This document shows positions 29,319 through 37,573 of a stretch of 64,000 bases of DNA, piece by piece. The notes under the pieces were generated by a model. It saw only the letters and a list, made by a program, of their open reading frames with translations. It made no database searches and was not told where the DNA came from. Location: IMG/VR virus record IMGVR_UViG_3300021964_000014. One strand, 5' to 3'. Each line of letters begins with the position of its first letter. Position 1 is the first letter of the stretch. This DNA comes from a virus. Position numbers and translations under genes: made by a program.

Positions 29319-29564
29319 TTAATTTAGTTTTTTAACTTGCTCCCTTAGAGCTATCTGTAATGTATCGTATTGATGAGCTATACTAGAAGTCGCTAAAAGA
29401 GTACCTTTATTATTCAAACAAAATAACTCTATAAAACGATCTGAGTACCTCCGGGCTACTTCGATATGTTCTTCGTTTTCACAACTTTGAATTACTCGGA
29501 GGCCCTTCCAGAAGGCCTCGTTCTGTAATTCTTTCATATCAAATACTTTCTTTTCTTTACTCAT
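29319..29564 (-). CDS. Hypothetical protein
   Basis: ORF track. Confidence 0.55.
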   Translation of the reverse strand: MSKEKKVFDMKELQNEAFWKGLRVIQSCENEEHIEVARRYSDRFIELFCLNNKGTLLATSSIAHQYDTLQIALREQVKKLN

Positions 29565-30082
29565 TAGAATAAACTAAGTTGTACATTTTCTACTTCAGGA
29601 GTAATCTTGAATACAGATTCTACTTTTCTAGTAGGTCGGAATTCTTCACCAACATTATCAATCAACTTACCATCTTTGATGGTAAAAGCATGCTGGCTTA
29701 CTCCAACGATATACGTTCCTTTAGGATTATCCTTAATGAACGATTTAACCGTTTTCTTTCTCTTTACGATTTCACCGTAAAGTTTATAACTATTAGTAAT
29801 CTTTTCAGTAGGTAATACTTTTACTTTAAAGTCTTTACCGTTGATATTCATACCTTTTTCTTCAAGTTCCATCATATGTAAAGCTACTAGTTCAGTACCC
29901 TTACCTGTTTCTCTTCCAAACTTTTCTTTAACATAACTATGAGCAGCGTCATAATGAGAACCAGTAGCAGCAGCTACCGCTCTTACAAAGCAGTCATTCT
30001 TTTCGTTCTTCGCTACCTCAGAAGTTTGGTAGCCTTTAATTTCATTACTTGCGTAACTGTAAGATAAAATTGAATTGTTCAT
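29564..30082 (-). CDS. Early protein with possible papain-like Cys-His-Asp triad
   Basis: NDCFVRAVA..; HAFTIKDGKLID; promoter 30111-30143 and AAAGGTT leader. Confidence 0.5.
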   Translation of the reverse strand: MNNSILSYSYASNEIKGYQTSEVAKNEKNDCFVRAVAAATGSHYDAAHSYVKEKFGRETGKGTELVALHMMELEEKGMNINGKDFKVKVLPTEKITNSYKLYGEIVKRKKTVKSFIKDNPKGTYIVGVSQHAFTIKDGKLIDNVGEEFRPTRKVESVFKITPEVENVQLSLF

Positions 30083-30145
30083 AACCTTTATTGTTTTTAT
30101 TATTATAATATAAATATAAGAAAAATATTGCAGAATTCCAACTGA

Positions 30146-30535
30146 CTAACTAAATATTTTCCAATTCTTTTCTTCATCGTAAGCAGCAACCTCATAAGGA
30201 TGATTATCATATCTATACCCCATATCATAATATCTCTTCATCCAACTAGGAGATTGTAAGTAGTGCTGATATTCATGAACTAATGTTTCAATGATATGTT
30301 TTCTACTTTCCATATTAGGCCAGTAAACTACAATGCTATTATCTAATCTATCATACTCAGCATGACAACCATCTTCTTCACCTTGAGCTTCCGGCTCACC
30401 GCTATGACGAGCATAAATATTATAATGAGTTTCTACATATGGAGTACATTCAGGGGTAAATTTAGAATACCCGTAATGAGCTTCTATCTTAGGATAAACC
30501 TCTTCGATAACTTTTTTAACTTCTTGTAATGTCAT
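30146..30535 (-). CDS. HExxH zinc metallopeptidase-like protein
   Basis: LVHEYQHYLQ..HPYEVAA; promoter 30554-30586. Confidence 0.65.
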   Translation of the reverse strand: MTLQEVKKVIEEVYPKIEAHYGYSKFTPECTPYVETHYNIYARHSGEPEAQGEEDGCHAEYDRLDNSIVVYWPNMESRKHIIETLVHEYQHYLQSPSWMKRYYDMGYRYDNHPYEVAAYDEEKNWKIFS

Positions 30536-30591
30536 AACCTTTATTAATATACTACAATATAAGAAAAATATTCCGGAAAAGCAACTTTTTC

Positions 30592-30717
30592 TTAAAGTAT
30601 TTTATTTATTCTCTCAGTAAGTTTATTTAACCTTTTATGAATCAGATCTGCTTCTTTATAATTCTCTTCTTCAAGAGCTTCGCAAAACTTCTCAGTCCAG
30701 TGTTCGTACTCACTCAT
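30592..30717 (-). CDS. Micro-protein (41 aa)
   Basis: MSEYEHW..EALEEENYKEADLI. Confidence 0.45.
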   Translation of the reverse strand: MSEYEHWTEKFCEALEEENYKEADLIHKRLNKLTERINKIL

Positions 30718-31111
30718 TAATTTCTCTAGCAACATCTTTTATATGTTTACATTTCTTATGGGCAATATACCCCCAACAGTCACAGCTTAAATTGCCATGT
30801 TTATTATACTTTACAGTATATGTTTTATTTGAAGAAGCACTTTCGTAAGTCCAAGTCTTTGGCTCTACAAATAACTCTTCAAAAGGTTTCTTCTCTACTT
30901 CTATATCATCAAAAGTAGTTTCTGGATGAACCTCGATCCAGGAAGGAGTGTGAATCTTTTTTCCATCTTTCATAATAAAACCTCCTTTACCAACATTACT
31001 ATATGGTACTTTATATGTATGTCTTGTAACCCAAAGGTTACTAGGAGGGTTAGCTATGCTCAATGACCCCTCAGCATAAACTAACTCTCCGTTCACATTC
31101 CACAGTGCCAT
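30710..31111 (-). CDS. SWIM zinc-finger protein
   Basis: YTV..SCDCWG....KCKH; likely start MALWNV at 31111 (TAATG overlap). Confidence 0.75.
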   Translation of the reverse strand: MALWNVNGELVYAEGSLSIANPPSNLWVTRHTYKVPYSNVGKGGFIMKDGKKIHTPSWIEVHPETTFDDIEVEKKPFEELFVEPKTWTYESASSNKTYTVKYNKHGNLSCDCWGYIAHKKCKHIKDVAREINE

Positions 31112-31851
31112 TATTCTTGACCTACTGCTAAAGTACCCATCCAACCAACTCGATTAGGAGTACTAAGGTTAAACATTCTAACAGACATATCTCCACCTCT
31201 TCGGTTCTTTGAGAAGAAGAAAGTTCTATCACCTTCTTTAGTCCATTTCATATGAGCCATACCAGTCATCATATGCTTAAATCTATTACTACCAGCAAAC
31301 TCTCCACCTTTAGTAACTTGTTGAATAACTAAGAATGAAGTATTAGTTTCAGAATCATTCTGACCTAAGTTATGCTTTTCGAATAACGATAATAATTCAG
31401 TTTCAGCTTTTTTAGATGACATCCAACCTTTAGTAGTATCAACTACAGCATTCTGAATCTCAGCCATACTATCGATAAGTACTACATCCCAACCTTGAGA
31501 TAAAATACCCTCACATACTTCAAGAGCATTATCGTCACAATGATCGCCCATAAACAAAATAGGAATCTGACCAAACTTAGGAAAACGTTTTACGTATCCA
31601 AACATATCAATACTATTCATCTCACCAGAAATAAACAATACCTTTTGACCTTTATCTTGCAAATCAGCAAGCATATCCATCATAACGGTAGTTTTACCAA
31701 TCCCTGGATCTCCTACAATAGCGTAGTTAGTACCTTTCATTAAACCTCCTTCAGAAGAGAAGTGAGTATCAATAACACGTCCAGATTTCATTGGACGGAA
31801 TAGAGAAGAATCAAATTTGATATCTTCCATTTTTACTGTTGTAATGTTCAT
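31111..31851 (-). CDS. RadA/Sms-like RecA-family ATPase
   Basis: GDPGIGKTT Walker A, FISGEM, VLIDS, QVTKGGEFAGSNRFKH, KNRRG; true start at 31851 behind AAAGGTT and promoter 31878-31910. Confidence 0.85.
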   Translation of the reverse strand: MNITTVKMEDIKFDSSLFRPMKSGRVIDTHFSSEGGLMKGTNYAIVGDPGIGKTTVMMDMLADLQDKGQKVLFISGEMNSIDMFGYVKRFPKFGQIPILFMGDHCDDNALEVCEGILSQGWDVVLIDSMAEIQNAVVDTTKGWMSSKKAETELLSLFEKHNLGQNDSETNTSFLVIQQVTKGGEFAGSNRFKHMMTGMAHMKWTKEGDRTFFFSKNRRGGDMSVRMFNLSTPNRVGWMGTLAVGQE

Positions 31852-31920
31852 AACCTTTATTGCTTTATTAATATACCTTAATATAAGAAAAAACCCAATA
31901 GGATCCAACTATTTCACTAG

Positions 31921-32088
31921 TTATTTCCGGAATTTTTTTCTTTTTTCTTGGCATTTACAAGAAGAGCAGATACTATTTTCACGCTTTAACTCTTCTTCCA
32001 TTTCTCGACGTTTGAATTCTAATCTTTCGAATTCCATTCTGTCTCGTTGACGGGATTGCATATCCCAGGGTCTGTGTTCCCATGACAT
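31921..32088 (-). CDS. Small basic helical protein with C-terminal CxxCxC (55 aa)
   Basis: MSWEHRPWDMQSRQRDR..CSSCKC; preceded by a strong SD; not in the ORF track. Confidence 0.65.
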   Translation of the reverse strand: MSWEHRPWDMQSRQRDRMEFERLEFKRREMEEELKRENSICSSCKCQEKRKKFRK

Positions 32089-32091
32089 AGG

Positions 32092-32100
32092 ACACCTCCT
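32092..32100 (-). promoter_or_regulatory. Strong extended Shine-Dalgarno AGGAGGTGT
   Basis: GGAGG lies 6 nt before the ATG at 32088. Confidence 0.7.
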
Positions 32101-32115
32101 GTATTTTATTTAATG

Positions 32116-32331
32116 TTAAAATGGTAATGGTTCGTCTTTTGATCTATCACTAGGTTTACTGTGATCATCAAACTTTCTGTAATTCATAGAGGCAAAAGGT
32201 TGCTCACCTATTTCAGTTACATTAGCATCGATTTTCTCAGCTAACTTATGAGCTCTTTTACGAGCCATATAATCATTCTCTGCATAGACGTAAACGTCCA
32301 TTGTTACTACGTATCTATTATCTTTAGCCAT
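32116..32331 (-). CDS. Hypothetical protein
   Basis: ORF track. Confidence 0.55.
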   Translation of the reverse strand: MAKDNRYVVTMDVYVYAENDYMARKRAHKLAEKIDANVTEIGEQPFASMNYRKFDDHSKPSDRSKDEPLPF

Positions 32332-32563
32332 TAAATGTATAATTTATTTTATTATAAATAAACTCATTTCTAAGAAACTCAAGAAGAGTTCTACCAAAGT
32401 CAGCTTCGAAATCGCCAACCTCATTCCAATCAAATATAAACCTTTCAGCTATATCCTCAATTTGAATAGTTTGCAGATTAGGAACAGACTCCTTATTGAG
32501 TTGCATAAGCGAAATCGTATCTAGGATCTCGCCAGTAACATAATCTTTAGTTAAATACCTCAT
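32324..32563 (-). CDS. Hypothetical protein
   Basis: ORF track. Confidence 0.55.
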   Translation of the reverse strand: MRYLTKDYVTGEILDTISLMQLNKESVPNLQTIQIEDIAERFIFDWNEVGDFEADFGRTLLEFLRNEFIYNKINYTFNG

Positions 32564-32742
32564 AATGAATAAACTTTATCGCTACCATTAGCTAAAACCA
32601 AACAGTTCTCCGAATCGATAACGTATTGATTCATACCTCTATATTCAATAAGAGTACATTTAGTTTTTACAGGATTATTATCTGGGAAGCTGAGCCCATC
32701 CATGTAAAATTCTTCTCCAACTTTCATATCACTTAATACCAT
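32560..32742 (-). CDS. Early hypothetical protein
   Basis: ORF behind a promoter cassette. Confidence 0.6.
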   Translation of the reverse strand: MVLSDMKVGEEFYMDGLSFPDNNPVKTKCTLIEYRGMNQYVIDSENCLVLANGSDKVYSL

Positions 32743-32804
32743 AACCTTTATTTTAACTTTTTAATTATACCTTAATATAAGAAGAATAATGCAGAAAAGC
32801 AACT
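32740..32804 (-). repeat. 65-bp promoter/leader cassette, copy 1
   Basis: 64/65 identical to 35038-35102; spans AGTTG, TATATTAA, AAAGGTT and the ATG. Confidence 0.9.
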
Positions 32805-32814
32805 ACTTACTAAG

Positions 32815-33339
32815 TTATTTTGTATTAGGTTTCCCCATCATAACCTTAGTGTGTATTTTTGCTCCTAACTTTCTATCATAAGTACCATCTCCATTCCATT
32901 TGATATCCTTACCTTTGAGAGCTTTCCTAACTGTCTCTTCATCATCAACGATTGCTACTCCTTTTGCTTTTAGAATATCTAATATCTTTCCGGAAACTTC
33001 TATGTAGTATCCTTTTTTACTTAAGTCGTCAACTGTTTTAGCGACTGCAGCTGATCTTGCAGGTTTAGTACCATCATGGCCCATAGCAACTAACTTCTTT
33101 CCTCCTGCTCTATTCTTATATGTTACTGTAGCATCGTCTTCTGGATCATCATCAAGATCGATAACTGAATAATTATCTCCTGCAGATTTTATATCATCAG
33201 GACTAGTCACATTAGGATGGCCGCCAAGAGGAGCATAAGCATTATCGATAAGTTTAAATAGTTCTTCTTTATCGTCTGCTATCTCTGCTGATGATAATGG
33301 TCTCCAGCTCTGCTCTAATAGTATCTTAGTTAACTTCAT
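32815..33339 (-). CDS. Late gene embedded in the early region, probable internal virion protein
   Basis: MKLTKILLE leader; TATTTATA at 33355-33362. Confidence 0.5.
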   Translation of the reverse strand: MKLTKILLEQSWRPLSSAEIADDKEELFKLIDNAYAPLGGHPNVTSPDDIKSAGDNYSVIDLDDDPEDDATVTYKNRAGGKKLVAMGHDGTKPARSAAVAKTVDDLSKKGYYIEVSGKILDILKAKGVAIVDDEETVRKALKGKDIKWNGDGTYDRKLGAKIHTKVMMGKPNTK

Positions 33340-33799
33340 TAGTTGTTATTTTCTTATAAATATCTTTAAATACCTTTAGATCTGTTCTGTGCCCCATTCC
33401 TTCTACTTCAGTCCAGCTTTTAGCTAAGTCCTTATAAACTTTAGTAGCCTTAGGATCTATTACCTTATCTTCGGTACCAACAACAAAGTTTCTCTCCCAG
33501 TTAGTTTCTCCATAAGTTACTCCTTCTGGTTCCATTGATCTACTATGAAGTGCTGGGTTAAATAAAAGAACCTCTACATCTAAATGACTACCTAATGCAT
33601 CAGCAAAGTAACCACCCATAGAAGAACCTATAATCAAGTCTGGTTTATTGTGCTTAGCTAACTTTAATAACCCTTCAAACATTCCATGGAAGTTATAGTC
33701 CATATAAGGAGCAAATACTTTATCAGCATTTTCATACAAGAAATCTACCTTCGGACCTCCGACAGCAGACTCTAAACCATGTAAATACCAAACATTCAT
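33326..33799 (-). CDS. YqiA/YcfP-like alpha/beta hydrolase (esterase)
   Basis: YLHG..S, IIGSSMGG, NPAL, D..I, GH. Confidence 0.85.
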   Translation of the reverse strand: MNVWYLHGLESAVGGPKVDFLYENADKVFAPYMDYNFHGMFEGLLKLAKHNKPDLIIGSSMGGYFADALGSHLDVEVLLFNPALHSRSMEPEGVTYGETNWERNFVVGTEDKVIDPKATKVYKDLAKSWTEVEGMGHRTDLKVFKDIYKKITTNEVN

Positions 33800-33859
33800 A
33801 TCGTAACCTTTTATACCTAAATATATGAAAAAAAACGCAGACTAGCAACTTTATCTTTG

Positions 33860-33933
33860 TGAATCAGGTAGGATTCGAACCTACGACCGTCGCCTTAGAA
33901 GGGCGATGCTCTATCCAGCTGAGCTACTGATCC
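33860..33933 (-). tRNA. tRNA-Arg (anticodon UCU)
   Basis: GGATCAG acceptor stem, D-arm AGCTCAGCTGGATAGAGC, anticodon loop CTTCTAA, GGTTCGAATCC T-arm; CCA not encoded. Confidence 0.95.
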
Positions 33934-33939
33934 ATGTTG

Positions 33940-34212
33940 TTAGAAGTTCTCTGCCAAGATCTTATTAATATCTTCTCTTGACTGCCATCCTCTCACATCA
34001 TCTTCTCCTTCAACAAGGACCTCAAAGCTTGAAGCGTCTTCTACGCTTGTACACTTTGCTTTATTCCCAGCTCTAGAAGTACTGTACAAACCTTCACCAC
34101 ATACTATCGATATAATTTTTCCACCTTTACTTTTTAACCCTCTAATTTGAGTCATAATAGCACCAGGTATATTAGGGTGATCTAGAAATAATAAATTATC
34201 AAATGTTATCAT
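33940..34212 (-). CDS. Hypothetical protein
   Basis: ORF track; DVRGW motif. Confidence 0.6.
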   Translation of the reverse strand: MITFDNLLFLDHPNIPGAIMTQIRGLKSKGGKIISIVCGEGLYSTSRAGNKAKCTSVEDASSFEVLVEGEDDVRGWQSREDINKILAENF

Positions 34213-34236
34213 TTTTAATTTTTTAAATTAGGATCA

Positions 34237-34253
34237 GGGGGCAGAGAGCCCCC
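34237..34253. other. GC-rich stem-loop GGGGGC-AGAGA-GCCCCC
   Basis: Perfect 6-bp stem in an intergenic gap; no clear U-tract. Confidence 0.5.
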
Positions 34254-34272
34254 ATCTCCAGGTTATGAATCT

Positions 34273-35040
34273 TTATGCGTTAATAACGTAATCTCTGTAC
34301 TGCCATAGAAGACAATCAATATTACTCATTCTTACTTTTTCAAATACTCTAGGAGTCTCGTTATAAGTAGTAATTTCAATATCAGCAGATTTTCCAGAAG
34401 AAGTTTTTGAAACAATCTTAGCAGAAGTAATACCTCTCAAAGTCCAATCCCATCTAAGATCGATAGAACCTTTCTGTTTTTTATCGAATACTAAACCTTC
34501 ACCTTCTAATAAACTTTTAGCAAGATCTAAAAAAGTTTGATTCTTTTCATCTTTAAGTTTATGAATATCACCTTCACAGGCCCATTTAGCTTTTTGAGCA
34601 ATACTATATTCTTCACTAAATGAATCTTTATAGCTATTAAATTTAGCTATAATATCATCTCCATGGTCTAATAATACTTTAGCAACTTCACCAGCAGTAA
34701 ATAATCTTTCTAGTTCCCACTGAGAGTTATCATTAGTAGAGTACATACTAGTTTCGATATCGGTAAACTCATTGGTTTTCCAATCTTCTCTAAATCTAAG
34801 AGTAATTAACTCTTTATCATAATCATACTGGTCATGAGGTCTTTTTAACTCAAAACTAGTACCGTAATCATGTTTAAAGTAAACATCATCAAGAGTAAAC
34901 TCTCCTCCGAAATATTCTTGAATAATTTCGAAGTACATTTGATCTCTTTTCTTTTCAACTTCTTTATAAGTCTCAGTAAGTTGAGCAAGCTCTTCTTGCT
35001 TCTTTTCGATGATTTCATCAATAATTTGTGCTTTTGTCAT
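34273..35040 (-). CDS. Early hypothetical protein
   Basis: 255 aa ORF behind cassette copy 2. Confidence 0.7.
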   Translation of the reverse strand: MTKAQIIDEIIEKKQEELAQLTETYKEVEKKRDQMYFEIIQEYFGGEFTLDDVYFKHDYGTSFELKRPHDQYDYDKELITLRFREDWKTNEFTDIETSMYSTNDNSQWELERLFTAGEVAKVLLDHGDDIIAKFNSYKDSFSEEYSIAQKAKWACEGDIHKLKDEKNQTFLDLAKSLLEGEGLVFDKKQKGSIDLRWDWTLRGITSAKIVSKTSSGKSADIEITTYNETPRVFEKVRMSNIDCLLWQYRDYVINA

Positions 35041-35102
35041 AACCTTTATTTTAACTTTTTAATTATACCTTAATATAAGAAGAATAATGCAGAAAAACAA
35101 CT
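35038..35102 (-). repeat. 65-bp promoter/leader cassette, copy 2
   Basis: 64/65 identical to 32740-32804. Confidence 0.9.
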
Positions 35103-35318
35103 TTAATCAAAGAAATTTCCAAAGAAATCTTTAATAAATGTATAAATGAATAATCCAAAACTATAAGGCCATACACCTGTATGGAATACTCTTTCAGCGA
35201 ACGTCCAAGGCATATTATAGGGGGGTTCTAATTCACTTACTGTATACCATTCTAACCATAGAGTCCATAAGCTCCCTAGTGCAATGTATAAACTTAATAT
35301 TTGTATAATTTCCATCAT
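35103..35318 (-). CDS. Small membrane protein
   Basis: Two hydrophobic segments, WP motif. Confidence 0.55.
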   Translation of the reverse strand: MMEIIQILSLYIALGSLWTLWLEWYTVSELEPPYNMPWTFAERVFHTGVWPYSFGLFIYTFIKDFFGNFFD

Positions 35319-35528
35319 AGTTTTAATCTATTTTCTATATCAATCATCTCCTGTTGGAGTTTTTGAATTTTCAATTTAGTCTCTTGAGTTTTAGGTCCGT
35401 TTAACTTTAAATCTAGAATATCATTAATAATGTCTCCGTGTCGTTTTTCGTCTAGATAATTTCCTAAATTTTGCATAGTTGTTAAATCTTAAAAATTGTT
35501 TTAAAGGGTTTAAATTTATTATAGTTAA

Positions 35529-35882
35529 CTACTTCCATAGTACTTGTATACAGATTAAAATAAGTGATAATATTAAACTTACAAAAGTTTTAGATGTGAT
35601 ACCTTCATTAAAGAAATAATTTACCATAACCGCATATAATATCATTCCAACACCGAAACCTATAAATCTAGCTGGCCATAGTAAGCCTTCTGTTCCGGAA
35701 ACTGTATACTTTGTACCATACATATAAAAGTAAGAAAGTATGATGCCAGCTGCTGCTACCCAAAACGTATTATTTCTAAACCAATCGGTTTTCAAAAACT
35801 GTCCGTTCAATTGAAAGAATGTTAAAACGTGTGCTATTATAAATAGGAAAACACCAACAAATAAATCTGAGAATTTCATCAT
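35529..35882 (-). CDS. Four-TM membrane protein (SMR/DMT-like size)
   Basis: Four hydrophobic helices in 117 aa. Confidence 0.55.
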   Translation of the reverse strand: MMKFSDLFVGVFLFIIAHVLTFFQLNGQFLKTDWFRNNTFWVAAAGIILSYFYMYGTKYTVSGTEGLLWPARFIGFGVGMILYAVMVNYFFNEGITSKTFVSLILSLILICIQVLWK

Positions 35883-36070
35883 TATGCGTATATAATTATT
35901 CTTGTTTGCTCATCTGTGCTGAGTAACCTTCTTGCAATACTTCTACCTTTAGGTTTTCTCACTAAATTTTCGTAAATATAGCTATCGATTTCGATATGCT
36001 TACCTGGGTTTATTATCTCTGTTATCTTAGCATTTGCTTTTACTTTTGGAAAGTAGTATAATTCATTCAT
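35882..36070 (-). CDS. Hypothetical protein
   Basis: ORF track. Confidence 0.5.
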   Translation of the reverse strand: MNELYYFPKVKANAKITEIINPGKHIEIDSYIYENLVRKPKGRSIARRLLSTDEQTRIIIYA

Positions 36071-36456
36071 AACTTATTGTTTTTTTTAGATTTAAAATAT
36101 TTAATTAAGTAACTAGCTGTTCTGTAATTAGTAGCAAGTGGAATATTATGTACATCGCATATTCTCATTAACATTGATATATCTACATCGTGTGGATGTT
36201 TGTCAAGAGGATCCCGCATAAAAATAACGAGACCAATTTCACCACGAGTAACCATCGCTGCGATTTCGGCGTCACCTCCCATCGGACCACTAGCAACACA
36301 TTCCACATTATGAATGCCAGCATGCCTAACATGCTTCCCAGTAGTACCGGTAGTGACGATAGTAACCTCATCGTTATTAAAAAAATTGAGGCGCTTAGAA
36401 ACGAAAGCAACCATATCTGCTTTTTTGTTATCATGTGCTATAAGTGCTATTTTCAT
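36067..36456 (-). CDS. mgsA: Methylglyoxal synthase
   Basis: IALIAHD.KK, TGTTG, SGP.GGD..I, RDPL..HPHDVDI..L.R.CDVHNIPLATN. Confidence 0.92.
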   Translation of the reverse strand: MKIALIAHDNKKADMVAFVSKRLNFFNNDEVTIVTTGTTGKHVRHAGIHNVECVASGPMGGDAEIAAMVTRGEIGLVIFMRDPLDKHPHDVDISMLMRICDVHNIPLATNYRTASYLIKYFKSKKNNKL

Positions 36457-36515
36457 TGTAAAGTTTTAATAAAATGTAACGTCCAAGCAACTAATCCATT
36501 GAGTTGTAATGCTAG
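36453..36515 (-). pseudogene. Orphan 3' fragment of a membrane-protein gene
   Basis: LALQLNGLVAWTLHFIKTLQ* has no start codon yet its stop overlaps the mgsA ATG (ATGA). Confidence 0.5.
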
Positions 36516-36700
36516 TCATTTGCTAATCTTTTAACACCTTTACTTGTCAATGGTATATAACCGCTTCTATCAGTCCAATCATCATTGTAGTACATTAGTC
36601 CTTGTTCCGTTTTTACAATTCGTCCTATTTTCCAATTGTCGTTTCCTTCTTTGTCAAGCCAGTTGTATGCAGCCCAATCACCTTCTTTAAATTTATCCAT
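36512..36700 (-). CDS. Small hypothetical protein carried on a putative insertion
   Basis: ORF track; lies just downstream of the attC-like site. Confidence 0.55.
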   Translation of the reverse strand: MDKFKEGDWAAYNWLDKEGNDNWKIGRIVKTEQGLMYYNDDWTDRSGYIPLTSKGVKRLAND

Positions 36701-36734
36701 TTTTATAATTTTTAGTTCTTAAATTCCGCACTAC

Positions 36735-36796
36735 ACACAACAATATGTATAGTGCATTTTCGTGCCTCAAACGACACCATACACAAACCGTTAGGC
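36735..36796 (+). mobile_element. attC-like (integron cassette) recombination site
   Basis: ACACAAC-5nt-GTATAGTG..inner TCGT/ACGA stem..CACCATAC-7nt-GTTAGGC; 62 bp imperfect palindrome with GTTRRRY end. Confidence 0.6.
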
Positions 36797-36806
36797 ACAA
36801 TAAAAA

Positions 36807-36986
36807 TTATTCCACAAAAGGGAGTAATTCCATTTCTACTGTCCATTGACCAGCCATTAAGAATCCTGCACCCATATAACCTATTCTACTAGACATTCTC
36901 TCAGCTGGTGATAACTTCCTGTCTCTAACCATTGCTCTTAGTACGTTACGCCACCAACTACGGTAAACTTTTAACTTTTTTGTCAT
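36807..36986 (-). pseudogene. 5' part of a membrane-protein gene, apparently truncated by the insertion
   Basis: MTKKLKVYRSWW..RIGYMGAGFLMAGQWTVE then an abrupt MELLPFVE* just before the attC-like site. Confidence 0.5.
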
Positions 36987-37219
36987 ACTCTTACCTTATG
37001 AAGGTTACTACCCCATCCAGCTCTTTTATCCATTGCAGCCATAGTTCTAGCAGTTTCAGGATTCTTTATTACTTCCGTTTCACAGTAAGTAGTCTTTCCG
37101 GAAATAACATTCCTTACATACCATCTAGAAGTATTAGAACAACTCACACAGGTTTTAGTATCTGGAAGTATCTCTAATCTTTTAGGAGGAATTTTTTCAC
37201 AACATTTAATGCAATTCAT
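36983..37219 (-). CDS. DksA/TraR-type C4 zinc-finger protein
   Basis: CIKCCEKIPPKRLEILPDTKTCVSC; likely start at 37219. Confidence 0.75.
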   Translation of the reverse strand: MNCIKCCEKIPPKRLEILPDTKTCVSCSNTSRWYVRNVISGKTTYCETEVIKNPETARTMAAMDKRAGWGSNLHKVRV

Positions 37220-37379
37220 TATCACAACCTTTATTATGTTTATTAAACCATCCACCACACTTACATTTAATATAATAAGCAGTAGTAGCTATTAATGGAG
37301 AGGATGCAAAGGCAGCCCAAATATTAGGGTGCCAATGCTCTCCACAAAAACCAAATACATGTTTTACTACTTCTATCAT
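37206..37379 (-). CDS. Small His/Cys-rich protein (57 aa)
   Basis: MIEVVKHVFGFCGEHWHPNI..KCKCGGW; ATGA overlap; not in the ORF track. Confidence 0.6.
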   Translation of the reverse strand: MIEVVKHVFGFCGEHWHPNIWAAFASSPLIATTAYYIKCKCGGWFNKHNKGCDNELH

Positions 37380-37573
37380 TCTACTATTTCTACTTCAGTC
37401 CAGGCAGCTAAGTGAACTACTTCACCATTATCTCTAGTACAGTAACTATACATTCCATCTATGTGTTTGAAGTTAAGAACCTCTTCTCCTTCTACCATAG
37501 GTGAAGCAGGAGGGACTTTTATATCCCCCACTACTTTAATCCTACTATTTCTAGGTACGTTATATAATTCCAT
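37376..37573 (-). CDS. Hypothetical protein
   Basis: MELYNVPRNS..HIDGMYSYC..HLAAW. Confidence 0.65.
   Translation of the reverse strand: MELYNVPRNSRIKVVGDIKVPPASPMVEGEEVLNFKHIDGMYSYCTRDNGEVVHLAAWTEVEIVE

Noticed and set aside
31852-31908. Track start for the RadA-like gene (likewise 31144, 37258, 40156, 25259)
   Set aside because: The extensions run through promoter DNA or upstream genes; downstream ATGs fit the leader motifs and overlaps better
36183-36434. Nested minus-strand ORFs (also 52799-53005 and 61937-62179)
   Set aside because: Out-of-frame overlaps inside mgsA, the membrane protein and the zinc-ribbon gene
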